NCBI RefSeq assembly: GCF_009914755.1 | Contig: NC_060940.1 | From: the human T2T-CHM13v2.0 reference genome, Homo sapiens | Reading direction: 5' to 3' (one strand) | Length of the DNA stretch: 64,000 nucleotides | Part shown: positions 49,292-63,487 of the stretch, piece by piece | Layout of the letters: the number at the start of each line of letters is the position of its first letter | Numbering within the stretch: the stretch's first letter is position 1 | Notes under the pieces: model-generated | The model's database searches: none | Told to the model about the DNA's origin: nothing | The model's input: only the letters and a program-made list of their open reading frames with translations | Made by a program: the position numbers and the translations under genes

Positions 49292-49593
49292 GGCCGGGCG
49301 CGGTGGCTCAAGCCTGTAATCCCAGCACTTTGGGATGCCAGGTGGGTGGATAACCTGAGGTTAGGAGTTTGAGACCAGCCTGGCCAATAGGCGAAACCCA
49401 GTCTCTGCTAAAAATACAAAAACTAGCAGGGTGTGGTGACGCGAGTCTGTAATCCCAGTTACTCAGGAGGCTGAGACAGAAGAATCGCTTGAACCCAGGA
49501 GGCAGAGGTTGCAGTGAGCCAGGATCGTGCCACTGCACTCCAGCCTGGATGACAAGAGCAAGACTCCATCTCAAACAAACAAACAAAACAAAA
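49292..49593 (+). mobile_element. AluS in the retrocopy tail
   Basis: Full-length dimer with (AAAC)n tail. Confidence 0.88.
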
Positions 49594-51208
49594 CCCATTT
49601 ACTCATTCACTCATTCATTCATTCACACGGTCACATCTTGGCCACAGCAGATAGAGCATTGATGGGTAGGCTGGACAAAGCAGGAAGCTAACTCTTCTGG
49701 AGGGGGCTGCCCTGACATTGCCCAATGTGGATGACAAAGGCAAACTGAACCACTCAGATCCTCTCTTCTGAGAGACCTGAGGGGCTAACAGGGCTGCCAG
49801 AGCTCATGATAAAACTGGAGCTGCATCATGAGAATAGTAAAGAACCCACCCTAAATAGTAGCCATGAGGACAATTAGACCAAACCACATGCCTGCTTTTC
49901 CGTGGGAACTGCTATATATCTCAGTCCTCTAGGGACCCAGAGAGGCTGAACATCTGCTGACTGGGATCCCAGTGATACCCACCTCCCTTTGAATCCTGAA
50001 AGCAAACTCTGTATCAGTCAGGGTTCCTTGGATGCAAGCAACAGAAATGGACTCCAGCTAAATTAGGCAAAACAAATTCATTGGAAAGATACTGGAGACC
50101 CATGGAGTCAACTAGAAGGATGGAAAACTAGGCTCAGAAAATGGGTGGTTGCTGTGAGTGGTCAGGTAGCAGGTCATGTCACAGGATCAGCCCGGCTGGG
50201 CTGCAGCAGTTTACACAGCTGTCACCACTGCTTCTGCTGTTCCCAAATGCCCCCACCACTGCCATTGGCCACTGGTACTATGAATGAGTTCTAAACTATT
50301 CACTGAATTCTTTGCTTCCAGCTTAGGATTCAAAGTCTCAGGAAGTCCACTGGCTGGCAGTGGGGAGGAGAATCTGGCCACCTTCGGGTTCCCTAGTGGG
50401 ACGTGGGACTCTGCACACCCTGAGACTCACTGTGGAGTTTCTTCCTATACCAGGAAGAGTCCTGGCAGGAGATCAGTGAGTCATTGGGGAGAGTTTAATA
50501 AAGGGGTGTTTACAAAGGAGCAGGAAGGATTAAAAGAAATGAACAAAAGATGCAAAGACTCCCAGGCCTGCAACACTGGGGAGCAATTGCCAGGCCCGGG
50601 CATGGCTATCCCTGGAACCCAGAGAAAGTAGCTGCAGGAGAGGGTGTCCCAACGGGAGCTGTGACTCTCAGGTTGCCACACAACTCGGTGAAGAGGGAGT
50701 CCATTCTGTGACCTCCTCTCCATTCTGTGACCTCCTCTTCTCGTCTCCCATCTCCTGCCAATGCGCTCATTGGCTGAACCCAAACAGATGCTGGCCCTAC
50801 CACTCCCTCCCTCTCTCTGGGTGGCGGGAGGAGGATGGAGAGTGGGTCTAGAAAATACCCAGCACACCTGCAAATAGGCTGTGTCCCGTCACTAAAGGCC
50901 ATGTGCGTCTCTTCCTTACACCCTGGGAGAATGGAACTAATCTAAAGACAAATTCAGCTTACGGGGTTGGAGGGGGTCGGGGTGATGGTGGAAGCCTTGT
51001 ATGGTGGAAGCAGGAGTCAGGGTGGGGTGGAGGTAGTGCAGGCATGTGAGGGCTCTCAGAATGTCTGTCTGCAGATGTGGCTGAGCAAGTCTGCTCAGAC
51101 TCCCGTGAGGAGTGGAGGTCGGGGAAGAACCTGAATCACACACCTGTGTGTCCCCATGGGACACTTACCTGGCTTCATTTGTGGCATCACAATACCTACT
51201 AAGCCACC

Positions 51209-51688
51209 TTTTTTTTTTTTCCTTCCTTCCAGGTTTCTTTTCTTTTTTTTTAATTTTAGGTTTGAGGGGTACATGTGAAGGTCTGTTACATAGATAAACA
51301 CATGTCATGGGGGTTTGTTGTAAATATTTCATCACCCACGTATGAAGCTGTTTCCAATAGTTATATTTTTTGCTTCTCTCCCTCCTCCGCCTCCCCTGAG
51401 GAGGTCCCATTGTCTGTTATTTCCTTCTTTGTGTTCATAAGTTCTTATCATTTAGCTCCAACTTATAAGTGAAAACATGCAGTGTTTGGTTTTCTGTCCC
51501 TGCTATAGTTTGCTAAGGATGATAGCCTCCAGCTCCATTCATGCTCCTGCAAAAGGCATGGTCTTGTTCTTTTTTATGGCTGCATACTATTCCATGGTGT
51601 GTATGGACCACATTTTCTTTATCCAGTCTGTCACTGATGGGTATTTAGATTGATTGCATGTCTTTGCTATTGTGAACAGTGCTACAAG
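51209..51688 (-). mobile_element. L1 (old L1PA/L1PB) 3' fragment
   Basis: poly-T, ggggtacatgtg...tcatttagctcc...ttgctattgtgaacagtgct; TSD agccacctttt. Confidence 0.85.
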
Positions 51689-52694
51689 AGCCACCTTTTC
51701 AGGGTGATCCCTGGGGCCATCCCTGGATGGCCGAAGTACTACATCCACCTCCTGCCCTGGGCAAAGCCGTGAAGTCAGCAAGGCTGGCCCTAGTTCCCCT
51801 CACCCTCATCAGCCATCCTTAGTTCCTTTCTGGCCCCCTCCACCCTCCATAGAGAAAGATTCTCCCTCCCTGCCGAAACCCACAACTCTTCTATGCAGGG
51901 AGTGGGAGGCTAGGGTGGGATGGAAGGGCTGGCTGCTTTCCAGGAGTCAGAGCCCCTCCCTCTTCTGAGCCTCTGCCTCTGCTGGACAGACTTGGGGATT
52001 CTTGAGTCCGCATGGGAAGGAGCAGAGACAAGGCTGGGAAGCTATTGTTGTCACCCAGGCCTATGTGATATGAAGGGCTCAGTGGACTGGTCCCCTGGGG
52101 ATTCCAGAGGCAGCCTCACAAAGCCGGGGTATAGACCTGTGCCCCATCACCAGCCACTTTTGCCCGTTCGAAATATCATTTCCATCCTGGGGGTGGGTGT
52201 ACCCCCCTCAAACCTGAGTAACGCTAACCCGGAACCTACACCAGTGGGTCAATGATCTTGGGTTTCCCAGCCTGGGAGAGTTTGCCAGCATCAGTGGTCC
52301 TTCAGAGAGACAGGGCAATGCTTCACCCAGAGAAGTGACTCTCTGGGGTTGCATTTGGGCTGGCATGGGCTTTGGTAAAGTTTGACTGTCTGGTATCCAT
52401 CTCCCCAATTTACTTTAGGAGAATTCCCCCACCTCCATTGGGCACAGCCTTGAAGGGAGGGGAGAGCCAGGGTCTGGCTTCAGCTATAAAAGCTGCAGGG
52501 CCAGAATCGTGTTCTCCAGGGAGCCTCAGTCGATCGGATGTTCCCTTTGGGAACTCTGAGATGTGGGGTATAATGTGTCTCAAAGGGCACCCATCGCAGG
52601 CGCACACCCCAACCCCACAGCATTTGTTGATTCCTGAGAATGACCCCACAGCCCCCACCTTTTACCCTTCTAGCAAATGACCCTTAGCTTAATT

Positions 52695-52823
52695 CTTCTT
52701 CTTTTTTTTTTTTTTTTTTTTTGAGATGGAGTCTCCCTCTCTCGCCCAGGCTGGAGTGCAGTGATGTGATCTTGGCTCACTGCAACAACCGCCTCCCATG
52801 TTCAAGCGATTCTCCTGCCTCAG
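52695..52823 (-). mobile_element. 5'-truncated Alu
   Basis: 3' portion only, TSD agcttaatt. Confidence 0.8.
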
Positions 52824-53109
52824 CTTAATTTTATTGCTTGCAACCAGAGTCTGGACAGACATCCCTTTGGTGGGGAAGGTGTTGGTGGCATGAGGGGGCT
52901 TTCTCCATGGCATCACAGGGCCAGCCACTGTGACCAAGCAAAACTGTCCTCACCTGACCTCCAGGGCCTGAGACTCTGAGGGCGGAACTGGATGGGGAAC
53001 TGGATATCTCGACTCATCCTGGGGCAACATTCCTTCTTGTCTGGGCCTATGAGACACGCCCTTGAGTGAGCAGGTAGGCGTTTCCTGCCCTTGGGGCCTG
53101 CCACTCTCA

Positions 53110-53583
<474 letters not shown>

Positions 53584-54534
53584 CTAGAGGGAAACAGGCC
53601 AAAGAGGGCATGTGTGCAGGATCCTTGGCACCCCTGACTCCCCTCCAGCACACCCACCCCGGTATGGACCGTTGCTTCTCATGGAGGAGGGGATGATAAG
53701 AAAAGGCCTAGAGATGGGAAAGAGTCTTGTTTGATCACCTCCCAGGTGATAGGGAGCCACAAAGGGTTAAGGGACAAGGAAACAACGTGATTGGAGGTAT
53801 TAATTTATTAATTCCTGGCTACTTCCACTGTGCTGGGCCTGTGACAAGGACTTATTAATAATAGTGAATAAGATAATCCTTGCCCTCCTGGGGTCCTCAG
53901 TCTATGGCATGAAGACAGGGGAGTCAAGGACACAAATATATTCAACATAGAGTGAAAGAAGACAGTGTGGCATCAAACCAGCTCCCGTCACTTTCCCACC
54001 ACCCGATAAACTCCTACCATCCCCCCTCCTATGAGTCCAAATCACCACCTGCTTCTCCTGGATGACTGCCCCAGGTTCCAACCTGCTCTCCCTAATCTGT
54101 CCTTACTACCTGAACCCTACGCTCAGCCCAGAAGCTAAGGGGTTCTTCCTCTCCCACTATGGGAAATTATGCTCCTTGAGGGCAAAGACCTACATAAATT
54201 ATTTGGAATTCCTTTATACAGGAGATTTTTTTCTTCTCCTTTACTTATAGGAGCTTCACTGGTCCCTGTCTCACTCCATGTAAGTCAGAGTCCTTACAAT
54301 GGCCCTCAGGGCTGAAATAGAACCTATGGATCCACATCCTCTCTTGGTACATTGGAATTTTAAATTTCTGCAGATCGAATGGGTCCAAAATGGTTTCTCA
54401 TTGTGACTTTAATTTGCATTTTTCTGATCACTAATGATGTCTATTAGTGATCTTCATATATTTATTACCATTTGTATATTTCCTTTTCTGAGAAATGCCT
54501 GTCTATATCTTGCCTCATTCAAAAAAATTTACTA

Positions 54535-54853
54535 GGCCGGTTGTGACGGCCCTAGTAATCCCAGCATTTTCAGAGGCCAAGATGGGCAGATCGCTTGCAC
54601 TCAGGAGTTTGAGACCAGCCTGGGCAACATGGCAAAACCCTGTCTCTACAAAAAATACAACAACAACAAATTAGCCAGGCGTGGTGGCATGCACATGTGG
54701 TCTCAGCTATTCGGGAGGCTGAGGTAGGAGGATTGTTTTAGCCCAGGAGTTTGAGGCTGTAGTGAGTCGTGAGGGTGCCACTGCACCCCAGCCTAGGTGA
54801 CAGAGCAAGACCTTGTCTCAAAAACAAACAAACAAACAAACAATTTTAAAAAA
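54535..54853 (+). mobile_element. AluJ
   Basis: Full-length dimer, TSD aaaaaaatttacta. Confidence 0.85.
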
Positions 54854-55312
54854 AATTTACTAAAGTCCAGTGCCATTCAGATTTTCTCGATTTCTTGCCT
54901 AATGCCTATTTTCTGTTCCAGGGTCCCATCCAAGATACCACGTAGTTTGCGGATCTTCATAGGCTTTTCTGGGCTGTGATCATTTTGTCAGATTCTCCTT
55001 GCTTTGGTAACCTTGAAAGTTTTGAGGAGTCCTGAGCGGATGCATTGTGGGATATCCCTCTGCTGGAATCTCTCTGATGTTTTCCTCATTCTTAAATTGG
55101 AATTATGGGTTTCTGGGAAGAAAGCAACAGGGTCTTCCTCATCATGCAGTATCAATGGTATAATACTATCAATATGACTTATCACTATTGATGATGACCG
55201 TGATTACCTGGCTGAGCTAGTGGTTGTCTGGTGTCTCCACTGTGAAGTTACTCTTTTTCTTTTCCTCCTCTTTCCATTTACATGCTGTATTCTTTGGAAA
55301 GAAGTCACTATG

Positions 55313-55607
55313 GGCTGGGCACAGTAGCTCATGTCGGTAATCCCAGCACTTTGGGAGGCTGAGGCAGGTAGGACTGCTTGGGCTCAGGAGTTCGAGTCCA
55401 GCCTGGACAACATAGCAAGACCTCATCTCTAGTAAAAATTTTAAAAAATTAGCCAGCTGTGATGGCACACACCCACAGTCCCAGCTACTCAGGAGGCTGA
55501 GGTGGGAGGACTGCTTGAGCCTGGGAGATTAATGCAGTAAGCCCTGATCACACCACTGCACTCCAGCCTGGGTGACAGAGTGAGACCCTGTCTCAAAAAA
55601 AAAAAAA
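55313..55607 (+). mobile_element. AluJ within an old L1M fragment (~54860-55900)
   Basis: TSD aagtcactatg; flanks resemble L1MC 3' sequence. Confidence 0.8.
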
Positions 55608-56143
55608 GTCACTATGTGCAGCCCACACTTAAGGAATGGGAAGTTATGCTCCTTGAGGGCAAGGACCTATGTAAATTATTTGGAATTCCTTTATACAGGA
55701 GATATTTTTTCTTCTCCTTTATTTATGTATTCAATTATTTAGTTATATCAGAATGGATTCATGGATATGTATTTTATACTTTGGGTTATAATCCAATACC
55801 AGTTTATTGCATTGCTCTAATTGTTCCAGCTTTGGCAACTGGGGGCTCTTTCAGGTGGCTCTTGTGTCCCTTTGACATATCCCTATCCTTACGGACTATC
55901 TTTTTTTTTTCAGTACTTCATTACTTTCTGTTTGCACCCATTTTTCTATGAGTTACTTGTATGACTCTTATTGCATTATAGATGCTCTTTATATATGTTT
56001 GAATTGCATCTCCTGCCTGACTGAGTCTTTTCATGGGCAAAACATCTTACTTTTATTTGTTTTTATTTTTACTTTTATTTTTTGAGACAAGCTATCACTC
56101 TGTCACCCAGGCTGGAGTGCAGTGACGCCATCAGGGCTCACTG

Positions 56144-57140
56144 TCATGGCAGCTGCCACCACTCCAGATGGCTGCCGTTGCCATCATGCAGGCTGCACAC
56201 TCCACAGATCAGTCAGGAGCCCCACCCTCCTAGATGGGGCTGCAGCCACCCAAACTCTGGCTGCAGATCTGAGCCACCTTGTGTTCTTGGGGGGCCAGAA
56301 GCAGGCAGGAGTTCTGCCCCCCTGGGTGGGGCTGCAACCACCCAAGTTGTGGCTGCAGACTCAGGCATCCCTTCACTCCTGGGGGAGCGAGAAGGCCCCC
56401 CCATGCCCACACAGGCTCAGAAGTGTCTGCTCCCACTGCCTGGCTTCTCCCTGCTGTCAGTGCACACTGGGATGTGGGAGCAAAGTCTGGGCTGAGCCTG
56501 GGGGCCATGAACTACTGCAGAAGGCAGACAGATTCCTGGGAGGAAGTGGGTGGTCCTGGTGAGACCCCACCTTTAAGCCAAGGAGGGCCTGAAGGCTGGG
56601 GGCCAAGCTGCCTGTCCCACTGACCAGAGTGGGAACTTACAGTGTCTTTTCTGGGCCCGCCCATGGCTACCCATGGGCCAATCGGTGTGCCCTTCCTCCC
56701 TTCAAGGCCCATAAAAGCCCCAGACCGAGCTGAGCAGACTACAGGACAACCACCTGCAGAAAGGAGCTACCCTCTCTGCTGAGAGTTTCAGAGACCTGCA
56801 GAGACCTCAGGACTACCAGCAACCCACTCCAGGGCCTCCTCTCTCCTAGGAGCTGGGCAGACAACAGGACAACCAGTAGCAGAGAGGAGCTACCCTCTCC
56901 AAGGCCTCCTCCCTGCTGAGAGCTGAACAGTAAGGACAACCTGCCTGCAGAGAGGAGCTACTCACTGTGGGTCTCATCTGAGCTGTTCTAACACTCAATA
57001 AAGCTCCTCTTCGTCGTGTTCACCCTTCGCTTGTCTGCATAGCTCATTCTTCCTGGATGCAGGACAAGAACTCTTGCAAAGGTGCCACCAGCCACAGAGG
57101 TGTCCGGCCAGAAAATTGACACCCCAAAGATCCTGTAATG
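56144..57140 (+). mobile_element. MER52-family solo LTR splitting an antisense AluJ (56050-56143 plus 57141-57367)
   Basis: GC-rich ggggctgcagccacccaa repeats, agaggagctaccctct repeats, AATAAA ~56997, end ...accccaaagatcctgtaa; Alu resumes after a duplicated actg. Confidence 0.75.
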
Positions 57141-57773
57141 ACTGCAGCCTTGACCTCCTGGGCTTAAGCCATCCTCTCACCTCAGCCTCCTGAATAGCTG
57201 AGACCACAGGCATGTGCCATCACACCTGGCTAATTTTTTAATTTTCATAGAGACAGAGTCTCCCTATGTTGCCCAGGCTGGTCTTGAAATCCTGAGCTCA
57301 AGGGATCCTCCTGCTTCAGCATCCCAAGTTGCTGGGCTTAGAGGTGTGAGGCCACCACACCTGGCCAAGGTCTTACTTTTAAAGTGGTCAAATGTATCAC
57401 ATTTTATTATATAATCAATTCTTTTCTGACTTGTTTAAGGAATGTTTTGCTATTTCAGGGTCAAAAAGATATTTGAATATCTAAAACTATCTAAAATATT
57501 TTTTCTAAAGTTTTGTGTTTGATATCTAAGTCCTTCACTCATCTGGAATGTATTTTTGCATATGGAGTTGAGACGGATCCAATTCCATGTTTCCTGGTGA
57601 GCCGTCAGGTCCATTTATTGAGTGTTCTCCTTTCCACCACTGAGCTAACTTGCTACTATCAGGTAAGACCTGCGGAAGAACTGAAGGAAGCCTGGAAAGC
57701 AGTTGAAGTAATTTCTAATTATCCAGTTAATATGCAGTGCTACCCTGAGTAGGAACTAAAGGCTTCCTGTTAG

Positions 57774-58136
<363 letters not shown>

Positions 58137-58837
58137 TCAACAATGCATAACAAAATACATTATGACCAAGTTGTCCTGGTATGTAAGGAAAGTTGAATAT
58201 GATAAAGTAAATAAATATTAGTTACCACAGGGGAGTAAAAGAGAAAAAAAACATAAGATTGTGTCAATAGGTACAGGAGAAAAAAGCCATTTGATAAAAT
58301 TTGACAACCATTGATGATAAGGATTCTTTGTAAATTACAAGGTAATTTTCTTAACCTGCTCAATCAGCCAAGGTCCAATCAGGAGACAGTATTTTGAACA
58401 GAGAAAGTTAAAGTTTACTGTAAAGACTTATTAACAGGGGATTGGAGTAACAGAATTGATGGTAAGAGTAAAGAAAACTCCAAAGAATGCAGGAATGGCA
58501 GATACAGGGAGCAGCTGCTACCCTGGGCCTGTGCTAGAGACGGATGCTAGAGAACCCAGGGAGGAAGCAGAGCCACCCCAGGGCTGGGATGCAGACCTTG
58601 ATGGGGAGGGCTCAGCCCTGGCTTAGTGTTTGGTGGAGACGTCACTAAAGTGCCTTGCTGATGGGACTTGCTGGGAATCTGCCATCTGGGGTGCTGGGGA
58701 AAGCTGTTGTCCACAGAATGTCATCGCACCTTGAAACTTGCTACAAAGTCAGTCACCTGAGAGGATGCCAGGGAGCTGCTGGGCCACTGGCTGCTGCTGG
58801 ACACCATGCTATAGAACCTAGGAGCTAGAGAAACATC

Positions 58838-59232
58838 TGTCTTAGTCAGCTCTAGCTGCCATAACAAAATACCATAGACTAGGTGGCTTAAGCAACAGAA
58901 ATTTATTTTCTCACAGTTCAGGAGGCCAGAAGTCCGAGATCAGGGTGCCAGCATGGTTGGGTTCTGAGGAAGGCCATCCTCCTGGCTTGTAGGCAGCTTC
59001 CATCTTGTTGTGTCCTCGCATAGCCTTTCCTCAGTTTAACATGCAGAGAGAAAGAGAGCTCTCTGATGGCTCTTCTCATAAGGGCACTAATCTCATCATG
59101 GGGGTCCCACTCTTGTGACCTCATGTAACCCTGATTACCTTCTTAAGCTCCCATCTCCATATATCATCACCTTGGGGCTTAGGGCTTCCGTATAGGAATT
59201 TAGGGGTGAGGACATGAGCATTCAGTCTATGA
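58838..59232 (-). mobile_element. MLT1A/B-type MaLR LTR
   Basis: tgtcttagtc...gccataacaaaataccatagact...attcagtcta. Confidence 0.75.
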
Positions 59233-59571
59233 AATCACTCTCTGTGAGAGCCAAGTGCTGGAGAAACCGTGCCCCGTAGGAGCTGGGTGCTGGAGAAACT
59301 GCATTCTACAGACTGTGCTGGAGAAAGTGCCCTACAGGAACCCATCAAAAAAGACACCCGGCAACCGGGAGGAGAAAATGCCTTCCTCCTCCACTGTCCC
59401 TCCAGTGCCTTCTGACATGCTTCACCATGCTCCGGATGGCCCAGGAGAAATATTTATGAAGCCCTCCTCCATGGTCACAGAGCAGAAAGAGAAGGGTAGA
59501 TCTGGAGCGAAGAGACAATGAACTGGTCACTGGCTTACCTGGTAAGGCATATTCATTTAAAAAACAAAACA

Positions 59572-59880
59572 GGCTGGGTGCAGTGGTTCACACATCTGTA
59601 ATTGGGGAAGCTCAGTGGGGAGGTTGTTTGAGCCCAGGAGTTTGAGACCAGGCTGGGCAACACAGCAAGACCCCCATCCCTACCAAAAAAAAAAAAAAAA
59701 AAAAAAAATCCAGGCATGGTGGCAGGCTTCTGGAGTCCTAGCTACTCAAGAGGCTGAGGTGGGAGGATCACTTGAGCCCACTGAGGCTACAGTGAGCCAT
59801 GATCATTGCCACTGTACTCCAGCCTGGTGACAGAGGGAGTACAAAATACAAAGCAAAACAAAATACAAAAACAAAAAAAT
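59572..59880 (+). mobile_element. AluJ
   Basis: Diverged dimer with long central A-tract. Confidence 0.8.
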
Positions 59881-60505
59881 CCCAAAAAAACCCAAATATG
59901 CCAGAAAACCTAGAGTGATTCTCTTCAAAGTCAGGGATGAGACAAAGATACCCACTGTCACTTCCTCTCCACATTCTGTTGGAGGTCCCAGCCAGAGGAA
60001 TAAAAAAAGAAAAAAGAATTAGAAGCATAAAGATTGGAAAGGGAGGAATAAAATGTCATTATTTGCAGGTAATGCATTCATTTACATAGAAAAACAAAAG
60101 AATATACATTTAACTTGTTAGGAATAATAGGAGTGTTTAGTAAAGTGACTGTGTACCTCCAAGAGTTGTTTGTATTTCTATATACCAGGAGCAAACCACT
60201 AAGAAGTGCAATGAAAGAGTAAATCCCATGTACAGCATTATCAGAAAATACCAAGTGCCCAGGAATAAATCTAACAAATAATGTTCAAAATTGTTACAGG
60301 GAAAATTATAGAACTTTATTAAGAGATATTAAGACTTTCTAAACAAATGGAAAGATAAACAGCGGTTCTGAAGCCAGCCAGTACTGGCTCATGGGAGTCA
60401 ATTGTTAAATTTTCAGAAAGTTTGCAAACCACTTTCAAACCCAGCCTTTGCTAAAAATTATATAAACTTACAATTACATAAGTTATATTAAAAATAAAGG
60501 GAATA

Positions 60506-60822
60506 GGCCAGGTGCGGTGGCTCACACCTGTAATCTCAGCACTTTGGGAGGCTGAGGCAGGCAGATCATGAGGTCAGGAATTCAAGACCAGCCTGGCCAA
60601 CATGGTGAGACACCCCCGTCTCTACTAAAAATACAAAAAAATTAGCCAGGTGTGGTGGTGCTTGCCTGTAATCCCAGCTACTCGGGAGGCTGAGGCAGGA
60701 GAATTGTTTGAACCCTGGAATGTGGTGGTTGCATTGAGCCAAGATCATGCCACTGCACTCCAGCCTGGGCGACAGAGAAAGATTCCATCTTAGAAAAAAT
60801 CAAAATAAAGAAAATAAAATAA
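60506..60822 (+). mobile_element. AluS
   Basis: Full length, TSD aaaataaagggaata. Confidence 0.87.
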
Positions 60823-61169
60823 AGGGAATAAATATTCAAAACTCATCAGTTCTTAATTGCTATACTGTATTTTATTATTATGCAGGCCAGAAGTCTGCAT
60901 AACATTTCTGTAAAGGGCCAGAGGGTAATTATTTTAGGCCTTGTGGGCCACATACAATCTGTGTTGCATATTCTCTTTCTTCTTTACCTCCTCTTTCTCT
61001 TCCTCCCCCTCCTCCTCCTCCTCCTCCTTCTCTTAAAAAAAAAAAACCTTTGAAAATGTGAAACCATTCTTAGGTCACTCAAATCTTGCAATTTTTTAGG
61101 ACAAGCCAGAAATCCAGATTTTTATGTAAAATATCCAAGTTTTAAAAAGATTGTGTGGAACCCTGAAAA

Positions 61170-61495
61170 TATTATGCCAACTAAAATTAGCCAGACATAA
61201 AAGGACCAATATTTTATGATTCCACTTACATGAGGTGCCTAGAAGAGGCAAATTCATGGAGATAGAAAACAGAATAGAGGTTACAAGGGGCTAGTGGGAA
61301 AGGGAATGGGGAGTTATTGTTTAATGGTACAGAGTTTCTGCTTGAGATGATGCAAATGTTCTGGAAATGGATGGTGGTGATGGTTACGCAACATTGTAAA
61401 TGTACTTAATGCCACTGAGTTATATATCTAAAAATGGTTACAATGGTAAATTCTATGCTATGCATATTTTACTGCAATAAAAAGTTGCATTAAAA
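61170..61495 (+). mobile_element. L1MB 3' end
   Basis: tatgattccacttacatgagg...gagttattgtttaatgg..ctggaaatggatggtggtgatggtt...aataaaaa. Confidence 0.75.
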
Positions 61496-61574
61496 GAAAA
61501 GTGTCAGTTCTAAGAGCTTAAACTAAAAAAAAAAAAAAAAGAAGATAAGATAAAAGAGGCACACCTCAAACTCA

Positions 61575-61860
61575 ACACTTTGGGAGGCCAAGGTGGGAGG
61601 ATTGCTTGAGCTCAGGAGTTGGAGACCAGCCTGTGCAACAGAGACCCCATCTCTACTAAAAAAAAAAAAAAAAAAAAAAAAATTAGCTGGGCATTGTTCC
61701 TGCACCTGGAGTCCCAGCTACTTGGAGGCCAAGGCTCAGGACTGCTTGAGTCTGCGAGGTCAAGGCTGTAGGGGCCTGTGATTGTGCCATTGCACTCCAG
61801 CCTGGGCTAAAGAGTGAGACCCTGTCTCAGTAAGTAAGTAAATAAAATAAAGTAAAATAA
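61575..61860 (+). mobile_element. AluJ, 5'-truncated
   Basis: Alu consensus match. Confidence 0.8.
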
Positions 61861-62091
61861 AAGAAAAAGAAAAGAAAGGAGAAGAAAGAAAAAGGTTGTG
61901 TGGACCAAAGAAAAGTCAGAGGGCCAGGTCTGGTCAATTTGCAGCTTCTGGTTGGAACATCCCTGTCTGAAATACTAATTCTCACCTATTTCCTTTCCAC
62001 CCAACAAAATTCTGCTGATCCTTCAAGAACTGGCCCAAATGTCACCGCTTTTTATTCCCCACTGCTGGAGGTCTGGCAATAGTGGGCCCAC

Positions 62092-62390
62092 TTTTTTTTT
62101 TCTTTTTTGAGATAGAGTCTCACTCTGTCACCCAGGCTGGAGTGCAGTGGCACGATCTTGGCTCACTGCAGCCTCCGCCACCTGGGTTCAAGTGATTATC
62201 CTGCCTCAGTCTCCTGAGTAGCTGGGATTACAGGAGCCCACCACCACACTCAGCTCATTTTTGTATTTTTAGTAGAGACAAGGTTTCATCACGTTGGCCA
62301 GGCCGGTCTCAAACTCCTGACCTCAGGTGATCCACTTACCTGGGCCTCCCAAAGTGCTAGGATTACAGGTGTGAGCTACTGCGCCTGGCC
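62092..62390 (-). mobile_element. AluS
   Basis: Full length, TSD gtgggcccactttt. Confidence 0.88.
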
Positions 62391-62726
62391 TGTGGGCCCA
62401 CTTTTATACATGGCAACAAGCTGAGCTAAGTGGTGGTTGTTCTTTTAGAGCCGCGTTCTCCAACTTGCCCCATTCCTCACCACTCCCCATCCCATCTCCT
62501 ACCTGCCTGCTTCATCTCTTTATATTACCTCCCTGGCCCTGTAGGCATCTGAAATTTCAATTCCTGCAGACTGTCATTCGTTGAGGACAGCGATAATATC
62601 TTATTTTCCCAGACATTACGGGTGATTCCCCCTGCTACATCCTAGATCAGTGCTGGGCTACAGAGAGAAGAGACACGGGAGCTCAAGTTTCACATCATGA
62701 GAGGTAGGACTTTGTTGGTTTAACCC

Positions 62727-62942
62727 AAGTTGTCTCAGCGTTGTCACCATCGACATATAGGTTCAGATCATCCTTTGCTGTAGGCCGTCCTGTGCATTGT
62801 AGGATGTCTAGCATTATCCTTGGCCTCAACCTACTAGATGCCAGTAGTATTATATACCCCTAATTGTGACAACTAAAATTTTCCTAAATTATGCCAAATG
62901 CTCCTGGGAAGCAAAATAATACCAGTGCCAGTTGAGAACTAG
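62727..62942 (-). mobile_element. MER20 DNA transposon
   Basis: cctgtgcattgtaggatgt...ctagatgccagtag...ttgtgacaac...gttgagaac. Confidence 0.75.
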
Positions 62943-63190
62943 TTTAATGCATTGATTAGTTTATCAAGTAAGTACCTTCTTAAAATTAAGATCCTAGATA
63001 AAGGTAGGAGGATTCTAGGCAGGTTGAAAGCTGGGTATGTTAAAAAAAAAATCAGTAACACAATTCAGCTATGGTTACCAAGAATTTAAGTGCTCCCCCG
63101 CCCACTGTCACAGATTCCCCGCCCTTCTGTTCACTTCCGCAAAGCCTGAGTACTTTTTCAAAAGGCACTGACTTTGCTTACTGGACGTTT

Positions 63191-63208
63191 GCTGTCCCCT
63201 GGTGGTCA
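63191..63208 (-). promoter_or_regulatory. Candidate CTCF site
   Basis: Reverse strand TGACCACCAGGGGACAGC, one mismatch to CCASYAGRKGGCRS. Confidence 0.5.
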
Positions 63209-63258
63209 TTTCTCTTTATTGCAAGCTGATGGAGCTCCCAATTCAGTGTCCGTAGTCA

Positions 63259-63487
<229 letters not shown>

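Noticed and set aside
50700-50737. Perfect 19-bp tandem duplication tccattctgtgacctcctc
   Set aside because: Ordinary slippage duplication in old repeat-like DNA.
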